From: a virus
Lineage: Duplodnaviria; Caudoviricetes
IMG/VR virus record: IMGVR_UViG_3300037249_001405
Span: 96,001 to 160,000 of that record
Strand: one strand, 5' to 3'
Length of the DNA: 64,000 bases
This document shows, in pieces, positions 20,086-29,167 of this stretch. Every line of letters begins with the position of its first letter. Position 1 is the stretch's first letter. Both the position numbers and the translations under genes were made by a program. Under the pieces are notes generated by a model. The model was not told where the DNA came from, did no database searches, and saw only the letters and a list, made by a program, of their open reading frames with translations.

Positions 20086-20460
20086 ATGTATAAATTAAAA
20101 ATACCAAAAATAGAAGAGGACAAGGTTGAACTTTATTATGAGGACAAACTTGTTGGATACGTTAATTTAGTACAAGCATTAACTATCAGGAATGATATAA
20201 AAAAATATATCAGAAAAACTGGAGATAGATCTGTATTAGATAAAATCTATCTAGTAGGTCACGAATATTCAATTCACAATAATATGGGTAAAAATAAAAT
20301 AAAAATTACTCTAAATGATAATTGTGACTTTAGCACTACCTGCTGGGAATTTGGTCAAGCAGGTAGACTATCATATGAATTTATTCAATTAGAAAAAGAG
20401 GATAGAAAATGCGCAACCTCAAAGCCATCATCGAAGCCAACGACAACGGCGAAACCTTGA
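20086..20460 (+). CDS. Hypothetical protein
   Basis: ORF behind CTTA-TTATT-G motif (~20053-20062). Confidence 0.75.
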   Translation: MYKLKIPKIEEDKVELYYEDKLVGYVNLVQALTIRNDIKKYIRKTGDRSVLDKIYLVGHEYSIHNNMGKNKIKITLNDNCDFSTTCWEFGQAGRLSYEFIQLEKEDRKCATSKPSSKPTTTAKP

Positions 20461-20645
20461 CAGATGATGAATTACTAGTTCTTATGGATTATCTCTGTAA
20501 GACTAATGAACTAGCTCTTAAAAAATCTCTTCTACTTCCTCAACTTTTTAACGAAGAGGATTTAGATAGACAACGAAAATCACTAGAACTTCTTTTAGAT
20601 TTGAAAAACAATTTAATAAGAAAAAGAAATGAAACTAAGAACTAA
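20409..20645 (+). CDS. Small hypothetical protein
   Basis: 78-aa helical ORF in an overlapping series. Confidence 0.65.
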   Translation: MRNLKAIIEANDNGETLTDDELLVLMDYLCKTNELALKKSLLLPQLFNEEDLDRQRKSLELLLDLKNNLIRKRNETKN

Positions 20646-20865
20646 ATTTATGAGGATGTCCGGTTTTGGTCATCTTTGTTTATTGCCCCATATAGATATT
20701 TCGATGAGCTATTCAATGCCTACTATAATATTTGAGTGGTGGGTATTTAGATTTGATCTCGAAATCTGGGCTAAATTACCAAACTGGATGATGAAAATTT
20801 GGGATGTAATAACTCTTAATATACTCGATTATAAGTCAAAGAATGAAGATGAAGAAGATGATTAG
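20629..20865 (+). CDS. Small hypothetical protein
   Basis: 78-aa ORF in an overlapping series. Confidence 0.6.
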   Translation: MKLRTKFMRMSGFGHLCLLPHIDISMSYSMPTIIFEWWVFRFDLEIWAKLPNWMMKIWDVITLNILDYKSKNEDEEDD

Positions 20866-21355
20866 TATTGATTCTGCTCGAGTAATTAGGCGTGGTAAAG
20901 AGATGCTTGATCTATATAGGTGCGTATTTAAAGAGCCAATTATTGATAGAGTTCGTTTGCTTAATTTCTCTGGGTTCTATACATGGGCTGTAATAACTAA
21001 TAAACTCAAAAATTTTAGCGAAAAGCTAGAAAATGATGAAGATTGCATAGACTTTATCAGAGATATAGAAATAGGAATGCGTATTTATTACGAGACTGAT
21101 ATAACACCTCAGTTCTTAGAGGATACTTATGATCTTCTCTTATGTTTCCCCTATACTCCGTGGTCAATGTTGGGAATGTTGACTAGGGATTATAACCAAA
21201 GCCAGACATATGGGTCTTCTACTATAGAAGCCGTTAGAAATAGGTGGATGGAATTTGATATTCATGATGAAACTGATTCAGATAGTTATACTAAAGCTGT
21301 TGTAAAAATAAAACTTTATTACGCTGAGACATTTAAAGACTATCTGAAGAAGTAA
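20843..21355 (+). CDS. Hypothetical protein
   Basis: 170-aa ORF followed by terminator. Confidence 0.75.
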   Translation: MKMKKMISIDSARVIRRGKEMLDLYRCVFKEPIIDRVRLLNFSGFYTWAVITNKLKNFSEKLENDEDCIDFIRDIEIGMRIYYETDITPQFLEDTYDLLLCFPYTPWSMLGMLTRDYNQSQTYGSSTIEAVRNRWMEFDIHDETDSDSYTKAVVKIKLYYAETFKDYLKK

Positions 21356-21401
21356 AAAAAAAATAGATAATGATACGTAAAAAATATCATTATCTATTTT
21401 T
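21354..21401. terminator. Bidirectional terminator
   Basis: AAATAGATAATGAT/ATCATTATCTATTT stem with A and T tracts. Confidence 0.75.
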
Positions 21402-21522
21402 CATTTTGCACTAAATATAATCAGTTAGCATAAAATGAAATTTATCATTTTCGAAGTAGATTTGACCACAATCAGTGTAGTTGGTAAATCCAGCTTCTCG
21501 ATATAGATCGATTGTAATAGGA

Positions 21523-22590
21523 CTAATACTTAACATCAACTGATTCATTAAAGTTAAATAATTCCTTCTCTCCCCAGATATGCTCTGGTTCAAGTTCATC
21601 ATCATATCCTAAGTCATTTACAAAGGATGTGTTGTATGAATATTTGTTGAAGTAAGCATTTCTCTTAATAAGTTTACAAGACTCATTAAGCTTAGTAATT
21701 ACCTCAGCAGGTATGTGCTTCGGTATAACAGTAGTCTTAGCCGAGAGTTCCTCAAGCTTATTTTTCTTTTCAATAAGCATTTCGAGAAGCTCGTTGGCTG
21801 AGTATTTGTTGTTATACTTTATTTCTTTAAGCCAATTAGCATCAATACCTTCTCGATTGATTCTTAAAGGTATGATTGATCCGGCTTTTTCAGATTCCTC
21901 AATACACTGGATGCAGGTATTATAGACCCTAAATGCATGTTGAACATGCTTCGGATTTTTTACCTCTCCAGTTTTGAGATCCATGTCACTTTTTACAACC
22001 TCACCAACCCATTGTTTAGTTTTTGAGTTGTAAGAAATGAATCCCTTCGTGTTATTGAAGGTATCTTTTGAAATGAATTTCTCCGGATGAACAAAGATCC
22101 ACCAAAGATAAATACTCGGAGTCCTTTTCATCTCATTAACAAAGTAGGGTAAGTGAGCGACTTGACCTCTTTTTCGGTTATTGTCGTAGTACTCTACTTT
22201 ATTAAGGATAGCTGACCTGTCAGTTGGATTATCAAGCTTAACAATGTCGTCGAACTTGATAATATCAGTAGGATCAGTTATTGGATTACGATAAACGCCT
22301 CCTGCAAGTAGTACGTGTATCATCTCAACTGCATCCCAGTTTCCCTTGGAGAGCAGTTCACGGAAACGATCAAGACCATAAGATACGTGATCATTTCCAG
22401 CTAAGGATGCCTTATCCTGGGTTAGTTCAGGATAATCCATCCATTCTGGATTAAAATGGATACTTTTAGTATCAGTATCCGAATCTTCTCTGCTAGTTCC
22501 TTGTGTCCTGGAACCAGCTTCCAAAATTGCTACCGCATTACCCCACACATTTTTGTGGAATTCTGCAGTAGTTTTGTATTCTACAGTCAT
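21523..22590 (-). CDS. Pol-beta superfamily nucleotidyltransferase (RlaP/YcgL-like)
   Basis: GSRTQGTSREDSDTD (GS..G....SD.D), L.KGN...E.., KHVQHAFR. Confidence 0.8.
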   Translation of the reverse strand: MTVEYKTTAEFHKNVWGNAVAILEAGSRTQGTSREDSDTDTKSIHFNPEWMDYPELTQDKASLAGNDHVSYGLDRFRELLSKGNWDAVEMIHVLLAGGVYRNPITDPTDIIKFDDIVKLDNPTDRSAILNKVEYYDNNRKRGQVAHLPYFVNEMKRTPSIYLWWIFVHPEKFISKDTFNNTKGFISYNSKTKQWVGEVVKSDMDLKTGEVKNPKHVQHAFRVYNTCIQCIEESEKAGSIIPLRINREGIDANWLKEIKYNNKYSANELLEMLIEKKNKLEELSAKTTVIPKHIPAEVITKLNESCKLIKRNAYFNKYSYNTSFVNDLGYDDELEPEHIWGEKELFNFNESVDVKY

Positions 22591-22609
22591 AATGTATAGT
22601 TTTTTAAGT

Positions 22610-22690
22610 GTTAATAAATTGTGAAAAATAAAAAGAAGGGAATATAAACAGTTAAGTTTATATTCCCTTCAGTATTAAGGGTTTAAAGGG
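22610..22690 (-). promoter_or_regulatory. Leader cassette, copy 2
   Basis: CTTA-ATACT-G; GAAGGGAATATAAAC/GTTTATATTCCCTTC; TTTTTATTTTTCACAATTTATTAAC. Confidence 0.75.
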
Positions 22691-23157
22691 TCAGTTACAG
22701 GTAATTCACTACGTAACCAACAAACAACACCCTCAATATTCCAGCCACCAGGACCAAAAACTTCTGCATCTGATCTTGGATCGGGTCTATGAGCTATTAC
22801 GGGTTTAGCTAAACCATTAGGATATACCAGCATAGCTACAACTTCAACATCATAGTCAGGTAATTCCTCATCACCTAAAGCACTAATCCACCGAATGGAT
22901 TTTGCTTTTTTAATTTTTCTTTTATGGATTTCATACATAATCCAAATTACTAAAAGAATAATTGGTGATAATATTAATGTAATAGAACTTATTACAAAGA
23001 ATACTATACTACCTATAAATACTGTATAAGTAGTATTAATAAACGATTTCGGTTTAAACGAATAATCATCACTTATCTGTATTTCGTCATCTTCGAAATC
23101 TTTTAATTGGAAATTAAATAAGTCAAGTAATGTTTCTGTTCCCATTTTACTACTCAT
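22675..23157 (-). CDS. Membrane protein with small C-terminal Trp-containing domain (DUF551-like)
   Basis: Long hydrophobic segment, then WIS....LP...V.V...W....V.CW. Confidence 0.65.
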   Translation of the reverse strand: MSSKMGTETLLDLFNFQLKDFEDDEIQISDDYSFKPKSFINTTYTVFIGSIVFFVISSITLILSPIILLVIWIMYEIHKRKIKKAKSIRWISALGDEELPDYDVEVVAMLVYPNGLAKPVIAHRPDPRSDAEVFGPGGWNIEGVVCWLRSELPVTDPLNP

Positions 23158-23752
23158 TTAATAATTCAATAAAATGATTTTCCATGTTAAAAAGAATTCT
23201 AATATCTTCATTTCTTTCTCCATTTTTGAGAAAGTTTATAGTAGACCTTAGACAATCTTCATTATATCCCTCGGTTGGAATATAAACTAGCTTTGCTTGA
23301 ATAACTCCATCATATAATAAAAAGAGTATATAAACGCCAGGAATAAGCTTATCTGCTCTATTGGATAAATATACCCTCTTAAAACAGAACTTATCTCCAT
23401 TTTCTTTCCTCATATCCTGACGAAGGATCCAAGCAAAATTACAATAAGCTTGAGCTAATTCGGCAGGAGACCGGAATAATCTAAAGCTATCACTTCTTCG
23501 CGTAATTTTCATGCGGTGAGTATGTCTCTGTTCTCCGCCCTCAGCAATAAAAATATTATCACCAAGAGAAATATTTGACCATGAGAACAGCAAACAAGCT
23601 GCGAATTGATTAACCTCATCACTCGTAATAAATGTATTGGAGTATGAACTTCCATTCAATTCTAGCGTAAATACCTCAGATACAGTATGAGATAACCCTG
23701 GTATTTTCTGAAATATCTCAGAGTCGATAGTATAAATGTATCTACCTGTCAT
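23150..23752 (-). CDS. Hypothetical protein
   Basis: 200-aa ORF behind leader cassette. Confidence 0.75.
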   Translation of the reverse strand: MTGRYIYTIDSEIFQKIPGLSHTVSEVFTLELNGSSYSNTFITSDEVNQFAACLLFSWSNISLGDNIFIAEGGEQRHTHRMKITRRSDSFRLFRSPAELAQAYCNFAWILRQDMRKENGDKFCFKRVYLSNRADKLIPGVYILFLLYDGVIQAKLVYIPTEGYNEDCLRSTINFLKNGERNEDIRILFNMENHFIELLNE

Positions 23753-23771
23753 TTTTTGTAGTTTTATAATT

Positions 23772-23849
23772 AATTAATATCTAGAAAAATAAAATGAAGA
23801 GAATATAATAAATTATTTATATTCTCTCCTATATTTAGGATTTTAAGGG
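23772..23849 (-). promoter_or_regulatory. Leader cassette, copy 3
   Basis: CTAA-ATATA-G; GGAGAGAATATAA/TTATATTCTCTTC; TTTTATTTTTCTAGATATTAAT. Confidence 0.75.
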
Positions 23850-23852
23850 AGC

Positions 23853-24660
23853 AAAAAAAAACAACCCTGAGACTGTCGGGTTGTAATGAGTTCATTCACC
23901 AAGGTTGGCCTCGGTACGTCACACGCATATTTCTACACGTAGAGCTCAATGGCAGTTTGATAAGGTTCAAACCTAAACCTTTACTTTCATGCTAATAATT
24001 TCACCTTTCGCACCTAGTCGCCCTGGAAAGGCGTGCAGGAGATCCCTCCCCTTACCATGATGTTAATCCGCTACTCTTCAGCTACTTTCCTTGCGGTACT
24101 CGTAACTGCCCCCATTTTGCAGAGGGATAAGCCATTTTTCGCATAAAAGTGTGGTCACACTTTTGCTTTTTAAAGGAAATTCATTAATTTTCTTTTTTGT
24201 GTTTCCGGAAATAGCCATCCGGTAGCGGCAGTGAGAGTGTGGTGACCACTTTTTGTAGTTCTCTCCCTTTTGAGGAAAGCCCACTACGACACTCTCTAAG
24301 ACGACCTTTTGCATCAGTCATCTCTTTAACAGCATCTTATCAAGTTTGGTTAGTTTACTTGATCTCAACTGTTAATGATACACGCACTTGGTTGCTTATG
24401 CCTCGTACATAGTATCTCCGTGATTGTAAGAGCTATTTCTAACTCTTGCTCCCATTTCAGGAAGCTACACCCATCTTTTCGAACTCTTTGGGGATTCGAA
24501 CCTTCCCCAGATGAATGCAGTCATCATCGTTCCCTTCAATAGCTAGCTATTTTCATAACTAGTGGTGATCCTTGCCGGGGCCACCATTTATGCCCATTGC
24601 TGGGTTTATCCTTTGATTCAGTCGCTGAGGGCACGGCTGCCAGAATGTTTCCACTCTGGT
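23853..24660 (-). ncRNA. GOLLD-like giant structured RNA (~800 nt)
   Basis: GC-richer, ORF-poor tract right after two tRNAs. Many GNRA-capped stems on the minus strand (CCAGAGTG-GAAA-CATTCTGG, AAGAGTTA-GAAA-TAGCTCTT, TACGTGTA-GAAA-TATGCGTG). Loop-E-like CAGTTAC-GAGTA-CC-GCAA-GG-AAA-GTAGCTG. Terminal ACAACCC-GACAGTCTCA-GGGTTGT + T-run. Confidence 0.7.
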
Positions 24661-24740
24661 AAATTTTTTGTAGTTTTATTTTTTTATTCTCTTTTAAGAA
24701 ATATAGGCCTTTTGAACCGACCTTTTTTCTTTTCAAGAAA

Positions 24741-24782
24741 AAGAAAACCCACTCGTCTCTGCGCTAACAGACTACGAGTGGG
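24741..24782 (-). terminator. Hairpin/terminator after tRNA-fMet
   Basis: CCCACTCGT/ACGAGTGGG stem followed by TTTTCTTTT on the minus strand. Confidence 0.65.
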
Positions 24783-24797
24783 AAAAACTACTTCGTG

Positions 24798-24870
<73 letters not shown>

Positions 24871-24898
24871 ATATTTATTTTTTTTTTTATTTCTTTAG

Positions 24899-24971
24899 TC
24901 GGGGTGGCCAGGCTCGAACTGACGACCTCAGCGTCCCAAACGCCGCGCGCTACCAACTGCGCTACACCCCG
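24899..24971 (-). tRNA. tRNA-Pro(TGG)
   Basis: CGGGGTG/CACCCCG acceptor; anticodon arm CGGCG-TTTGGGA-CGCTG; T-arm GTTCGAG. Confidence 0.96.
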
Positions 24972-25006
24972 AAATAAATATTTATTAAATAGTTTTCTTT
25001 ATTGTG

Positions 25007-25028
25007 TCGTATATAAGGATTTTGGTCC
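25007..25028 (-). promoter_or_regulatory. Putative phage promoter for the tRNA pair
   Basis: CCAAAATC-CTTA-TATAC-G about 35 nt upstream of tRNA-Pro. Confidence 0.55.
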
Positions 25029-25079
25029 TTTTTAACCTCCCTATTTTTATTTTTGATAAAATAAAAAAAGAAGAAGATT

Positions 25080-26105
25080 TTACTCTCCTTCTTTATAATT
25101 CAAAAATTTATTTCTTTCTTCTCTTCTTCTTTCGTTTTCTTCCTTTATTCTATCGCCCTTTCTCTTAGCTCTTAATCCACTAGCTAAATATCCGAAACCG
25201 CTAGCTGCTGTATTAGCTGCTATATCCAGATTTCTATTGCTAGCATAAGTATTATAAGCAGCCTTTAAAGATTCCTTGCCTTGTTTCAAATATTTATCAC
25301 TAGCTCCAAGACCTTTCAACAATTTCATAGCTTCTTTTGAAGCTACTTTTTCATGATGAGTTCTTACAAAAGGTAATGCTATACCGAGAGCAGGTGCTAT
25401 TAAACTAGCCTTTCTTAATTTAACATCACCAGTATCTTCATCTACTTTAAATCCAGTAGCACCTGTAGCAACGCCAGGTATCATATGCATTCCAACTCTA
25501 GCTGCTATTTTTCCTGTTGAATCTTTCCCATCTCTACCTACCCTAAAAATATCTTTATGACCTGCCCTTTGAGTAATTTTAGGAAGTAATCCTGCTCTAT
25601 CTTTTTCTATGTTATAATGACCGAATTCATGGGCAACAACAGCGGCTGATGCATTTCTGCCTTCAGCAATCTTATATGGTTTTCCTCCAAATTTTTCCTG
25701 TTTGTAATCATCTATTGCTTTCTTTATATAATTTTCTGGAGGATTATCTATACCTGATTTTTTACATTCATTAATCAGGTGCTCTCTTAACTCCTTTTCA
25801 TTAAACCTACTAAAAACGGATTGATCACTATTTAGTCTACGAGTATGATGGAGTTCATCTATGGAATTTATTTTATCATTTAATTTCTCCCATAATTTTC
25901 TATCCTCTGGGGATTTTCTTAGATCAGTGTCTAATTTTGTAATCTTTTCTACTAACTTTTTATTTCTTGATCTATCAAATGTATCGGCTGCAAGGGCAGC
26001 ACTACCAGCTCCAAGTCCAGATAGACCATAAGTTAGTGTATTAGAACCTAAATCACTCTTCTTTTTATCCTCATCAGAATAATATCTTGTTAATCTAAAT
26101 ATCAT
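25080..26105 (-). CDS. Putative zincin metallopeptidase-like, basic, possible virion protein
   Basis: VVAHEFGH (HExxH), later HE..AS..A and A..TY; N-terminal MIFRLTRYYS motif. Confidence 0.6.
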   Translation of the reverse strand: MIFRLTRYYSDEDKKKSDLGSNTLTYGLSGLGAGSAALAADTFDRSRNKKLVEKITKLDTDLRKSPEDRKLWEKLNDKINSIDELHHTRRLNSDQSVFSRFNEKELREHLINECKKSGIDNPPENYIKKAIDDYKQEKFGGKPYKIAEGRNASAAVVAHEFGHYNIEKDRAGLLPKITQRAGHKDIFRVGRDGKDSTGKIAARVGMHMIPGVATGATGFKVDEDTGDVKLRKASLIAPALGIALPFVRTHHEKVASKEAMKLLKGLGASDKYLKQGKESLKAAYNTYASNRNLDIAANTAASGFGYLASGLRAKRKGDRIKEENERRREERNKFLNYKEGE

Positions 26106-26149
26106 AATCTATATAATTTTATTATATACAAAAATAAGAAAAATGAAGA

Positions 26150-26498
26150 AAAAAAAATAGACCCCACCATTGCGTTGGAGTCTATTTCCGGGTAAATTGT
26201 GTTCTGTTTTATGGTATTTATCGGTTTCTTACTCACCTGATATAAAACAGCAACCTAAGCGGGATTCCCATTGCTAGCATCCGATATAGCCTGCTACAGA
26301 ACCTATTACTACACATCAGAATCAGCAAATACCAGCCAGTCCTTTCTGTGATTTTACTTAGGCATGCAGAACTACCTATAGACTACTCACCTTTCGGCTT
26401 CTTTGTATGTTTTACAATTCTGTCCCTATAGCGACCTCTTAAACCAATAACGTTAGCCTAGACTCCCTACCATTTTTCTAGGCAATATTACTGGAAAC
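26150..26498 (-). ncRNA. Candidate structured ncRNA (~340 nt) between the HTH and HExxH genes
   Basis: ORF-free; stems GCCTAGA/TCTAGGC, CCTAAG/CTTAGG, CTGTTTTAT/ATAAAACAG; 5'/3' TTTCC/GGAAA; ends in ATAGACTCCA/TGGGGTCTAT + T-run. Confidence 0.5.
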
Positions 26499-26515
26499 AT
26501 TAAAATTTTTAGTGA

Positions 26516-26734
26516 TTAAAATTCTTTATCTCCGATCTTAATTACGTAGCCCAATGAGTGAATAAGCTTGAAATACGTGTTTACTGTTGGGCATATTTTC
26601 TGGTTTTCAATCCTAGAAATGTAAGATTTATTACCTACTCCAGCCCTTTTAGCTAATTCCTCCTGAGTTACGTTTTTGTCCTCTCTTGCTTTTTTGAGAA
26701 CAGATCCATAATTTTGATCTGTAATAGTTGTCAT
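26516..26734 (-). CDS. XRE-family helix-turn-helix protein
   Basis: LKKARE...TQEELAKRAGV..SYISRIEN....P. Confidence 0.9.
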   Translation of the reverse strand: MTTITDQNYGSVLKKAREDKNVTQEELAKRAGVGNKSYISRIENQKICPTVNTYFKLIHSLGYVIKIGDKEF

Positions 26735-26752
26735 TTTTTTTTTATTAATTTA

Positions 26753-27112
26753 TTAGTTAATAAATTTTATGCCGTAAGCACAGCCTTTTTTAACAAGTTC
26801 AAACTGACCTTGAATAACACCAAAGCTCATATTCTTCACAACATTATCAAAGTCTGAGAATAATACGTCATAACTGAATTCGTTTTTATCTTTAAAAACG
26901 AATTGAATCCCTGATGTTGATCTCTTATTTACATAATCAAATTTTAAAGTGAGATTTAAGATACTACCAACGGGTAAGTAAGTAGTATCTTTCTCTCGTT
27001 CTGCATCAGTTTTCTTGTCATAGTATCCAAGATTGAGTAGTTTGTCCATGCTCGATCTGAATTCTACTATTTGACCTTTATAAACTCTAACTGTGTACGG
27101 ACTGTACGACAT
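26753..27112 (-). CDS. Hypothetical protein
   Basis: 119-aa ORF in operon. Confidence 0.7.
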   Translation of the reverse strand: MSYSPYTVRVYKGQIVEFRSSMDKLLNLGYYDKKTDAEREKDTTYLPVGSILNLTLKFDYVNKRSTSGIQFVFKDKNEFSYDVLFSDFDNVVKNMSFGVIQGQFELVKKGCAYGIKFIN

Positions 27113-27716
27113 CTATGTTAAGTTTTAAAAGTTCATCAGCATCAATATAGTCAATCATAAAGTTTTCAGCCGTTTTAAGGTCTGAGTCTGAAAATTGACC
27201 GGGAAAACCAGAAGCATCACCAATCATAATCATATTTTGATTAGGAATTAGATGCTTACCAGTTTTTTCAACATACATAGCAAGACATTTCTGAAGCATG
27301 CCTGTGTTAGGTTTTCTACAGGGATCTTCCTTATCTTCTGTTGCTGAGTATTCACCATAAACATGAATCTTCAACCTGATTGAAATCATATTACAAATGG
27401 TTTCAAGTTTCTTTTTAAATTCCTCTTCCTTTACGAATCCTCGCGGAATACCGCCTTGATTGGATACGATAAAAAGGTAAATAGGATCAAAAATTTCTGC
27501 GATCTTATCAACAACGTCTTCTCTTAAAACCCAATCATCTACATTCTTTGGAAATACGTTACCTGATTTGGTTTTGATGAGTGTACCATCGAGATCAGCA
27601 AAAACTATTGTTCTCCTCAAATAGTCAAGAGGATTGTTGTACTTAATCAATCTACCACCATCATCAAATACTAAGCCATCGAAGGGGTGGATCATATCAT
27701 GCTTTATGTGTATCAT
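27087..27716 (-). CDS. HAD-IIIA phosphatase, polynucleotide 3'-phosphatase (PNKP) family
   Basis: DLDGTLI.TKSG..F....DW, IVSNQGG, RKPNTGM, IGDA.G....SDSD. Confidence 0.9.
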   Translation of the reverse strand: MIHIKHDMIHPFDGLVFDDGGRLIKYNNPLDYLRRTIVFADLDGTLIKTKSGNVFPKNVDDWVLREDVVDKIAEIFDPIYLFIVSNQGGIPRGFVKEEEFKKKLETICNMISIRLKIHVYGEYSATEDKEDPCRKPNTGMLQKCLAMYVEKTGKHLIPNQNMIMIGDASGFPGQFSDSDLKTAENFMIDYIDADELLKLNIDVVQSVHS

Positions 27717-27719
27717 AAT

Positions 27720-28469
27720 TTATAATTTAACTACTTTAGTATTATTAGTATCTTTTTTGACTATGAATCTTTGAAGAATCATATCCTTTGTAATATCTGG
27801 ATCGGTTATTGGAAGTATGTTTAGCTTAACATCTTTTCCATAACTTGCATCCAAGAAACTCTCCTCACCTGTTTTGTTAGTGAATTTAGGTTGAGGGCTA
27901 GTGTAAATACAGCTGTCATCTGGTGCTATGATTGTAGGATCTTTTAAGATAACTGTTGTATTGTTGTTATTATCTTTATCAGTTCTTACAAACTCACCAA
28001 CAGCAAATGTCCTTCCTATAAAAACATTACTAGCTGTATTCATTAGAATGAGTGTTCCTGGTTTTATGTTTGAGAAGAAGTGATTATTAAATTCATTTAA
28101 ATCAGACTGTTCTTGTAATTCCTCTGTTTCTTCTTGCTCCTTTTCTTCTTCACCGTGAGTATCCCAAGAAGAATCTGTCATAGTTACACCTATTTCAGCA
28201 TAGAAATCCGCTTCAGCCTTCAGTGCATCTATTTCTGAATCTGGAATCCAAAAATCAGATTCACAATCTTCATCGTTATTTGGACAACAGGAATCGATTA
28301 TTTTATATAACCAATTAGGTGTCCAATCCATAACACAACTTACCTTACCATTGTAATAGCTCCATTCAGCAGCTACCCAATAGTTAGATCCGCTTTGGCC
28401 ATTACGAACATCTGGATCTTCTTGTTTAATCACACAGAATTTCCTTGGATACTTTCTGTTAATTGCCAT
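27720..28469 (-). CDS. Hypothetical protein (two domains, acidic linker)
   Basis: 249-aa ORF. Confidence 0.75.
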   Translation of the reverse strand: MAINRKYPRKFCVIKQEDPDVRNGQSGSNYWVAAEWSYYNGKVSCVMDWTPNWLYKIIDSCCPNNDEDCESDFWIPDSEIDALKAEADFYAEIGVTMTDSSWDTHGEEEKEQEETEELQEQSDLNEFNNHFFSNIKPGTLILMNTASNVFIGRTFAVGEFVRTDKDNNNNTTVILKDPTIIAPDDSCIYTSPQPKFTNKTGEESFLDASYGKDVKLNILPITDPDITKDMILQRFIVKKDTNNTKVVKL

Positions 28470-28608
28470 TTTCTATTTTGGTATTATTATTAGTGTTATT
28501 TTCCTTTTGACTATCACCTGGACAGGCATAAGGGAGAATCATTATTGCCAACAAGAATAAAATTCCTGGTATGCAATATGTCCAATTGTTTCTAAGCCAG
28601 CTTCTCAT
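28459..28608 (-). CDS. Small membrane/lipoprotein-like peptide (49 aa), not in ORF track
   Basis: MRSWLRNNWTYCIPGILFLLAIMILPYACPGDSQ...; fills the gap between adjacent genes. Confidence 0.55.
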   Translation of the reverse strand: MRSWLRNNWTYCIPGILFLLAIMILPYACPGDSQKENNTNNNTKIENGN

Positions 28609-28610
28609 AA

Positions 28611-29144
28611 TTATTCCTTAAAGAAATCAATACATTTAAGGTTAATTTGTTTAAGAATCTCTTTGTATTCAAGATTTTTCCAGCTATTTCTTATTGAATC
28701 TAAATTAACCCTATGTAGCTTTTCATCGCTGTCTAAATAGAATAATTTTAATTCTACAACGGAATGAGGATAGCCATCATCTGAACAATCAGCCATTAAT
28801 CCTTTTTCACTCAAATATAGTACAATAAGTCCTGTAGATGATTCAAGATATTCTTCAGTAGCTTCTATTCCCCACTCTACTATTTCGGAGGATTCTTCAT
28901 CCGGACCATCATGTTCAGTTAAGTAATTACCGAACACTTCAGCTTTACCATCGAATCCTTTGAATGAAGGTGGAGTTGTTACAAAAGCTAATACGTTAAG
29001 TAACGTATCATCATTAAAGAATTCCTCTTCTGTCATAATAATTGGCTTAGAAGAGAAATCAGCGTCATTCATATCCCACATTATATGTCCGAAAACATGA
29101 CAACATAGTCTATGTGCGCTTTTTAAAAATTTTTCTTTTTCCAT
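28611..29144 (-). CDS. Hypothetical protein, paralog family with 58709 and 61242
   Basis: WD.NDAD...EEFF.DD.L..VLA.V.TP...SVV..K..Y.D; start MEKEK preferred. Confidence 0.8.
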   Translation of the reverse strand: MEKEKFLKSAHRLCCHVFGHIMWDMNDADFSSKPIIMTEEEFFNDDTLLNVLAFVTTPPSFKGFDGKAEVFGNYLTEHDGPDEESSEIVEWGIEATEEYLESSTGLIVLYLSEKGLMADCSDDGYPHSVVELKLFYLDSDEKLHRVNLDSIRNSWKNLEYKEILKQINLKCIDFFKE

Positions 29145-29167
29145 TTTATTTTTTTTTCTTATTGTTA

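Noticed and set aside
21411-21605. 64-aa minus-strand ORF as given
   Set aside because: It overlaps the nucleotidyltransferase by 83 nt; only a shorter ~41-aa version is plausible and it could not be supported further
25080-26734. ImmA/IrrE-ImmR type protease-repressor pair
   Set aside because: The HTH and HExxH genes are separated by a structured region with a terminator, and the HExxH protein resembles the 59347 protein more than IrrE
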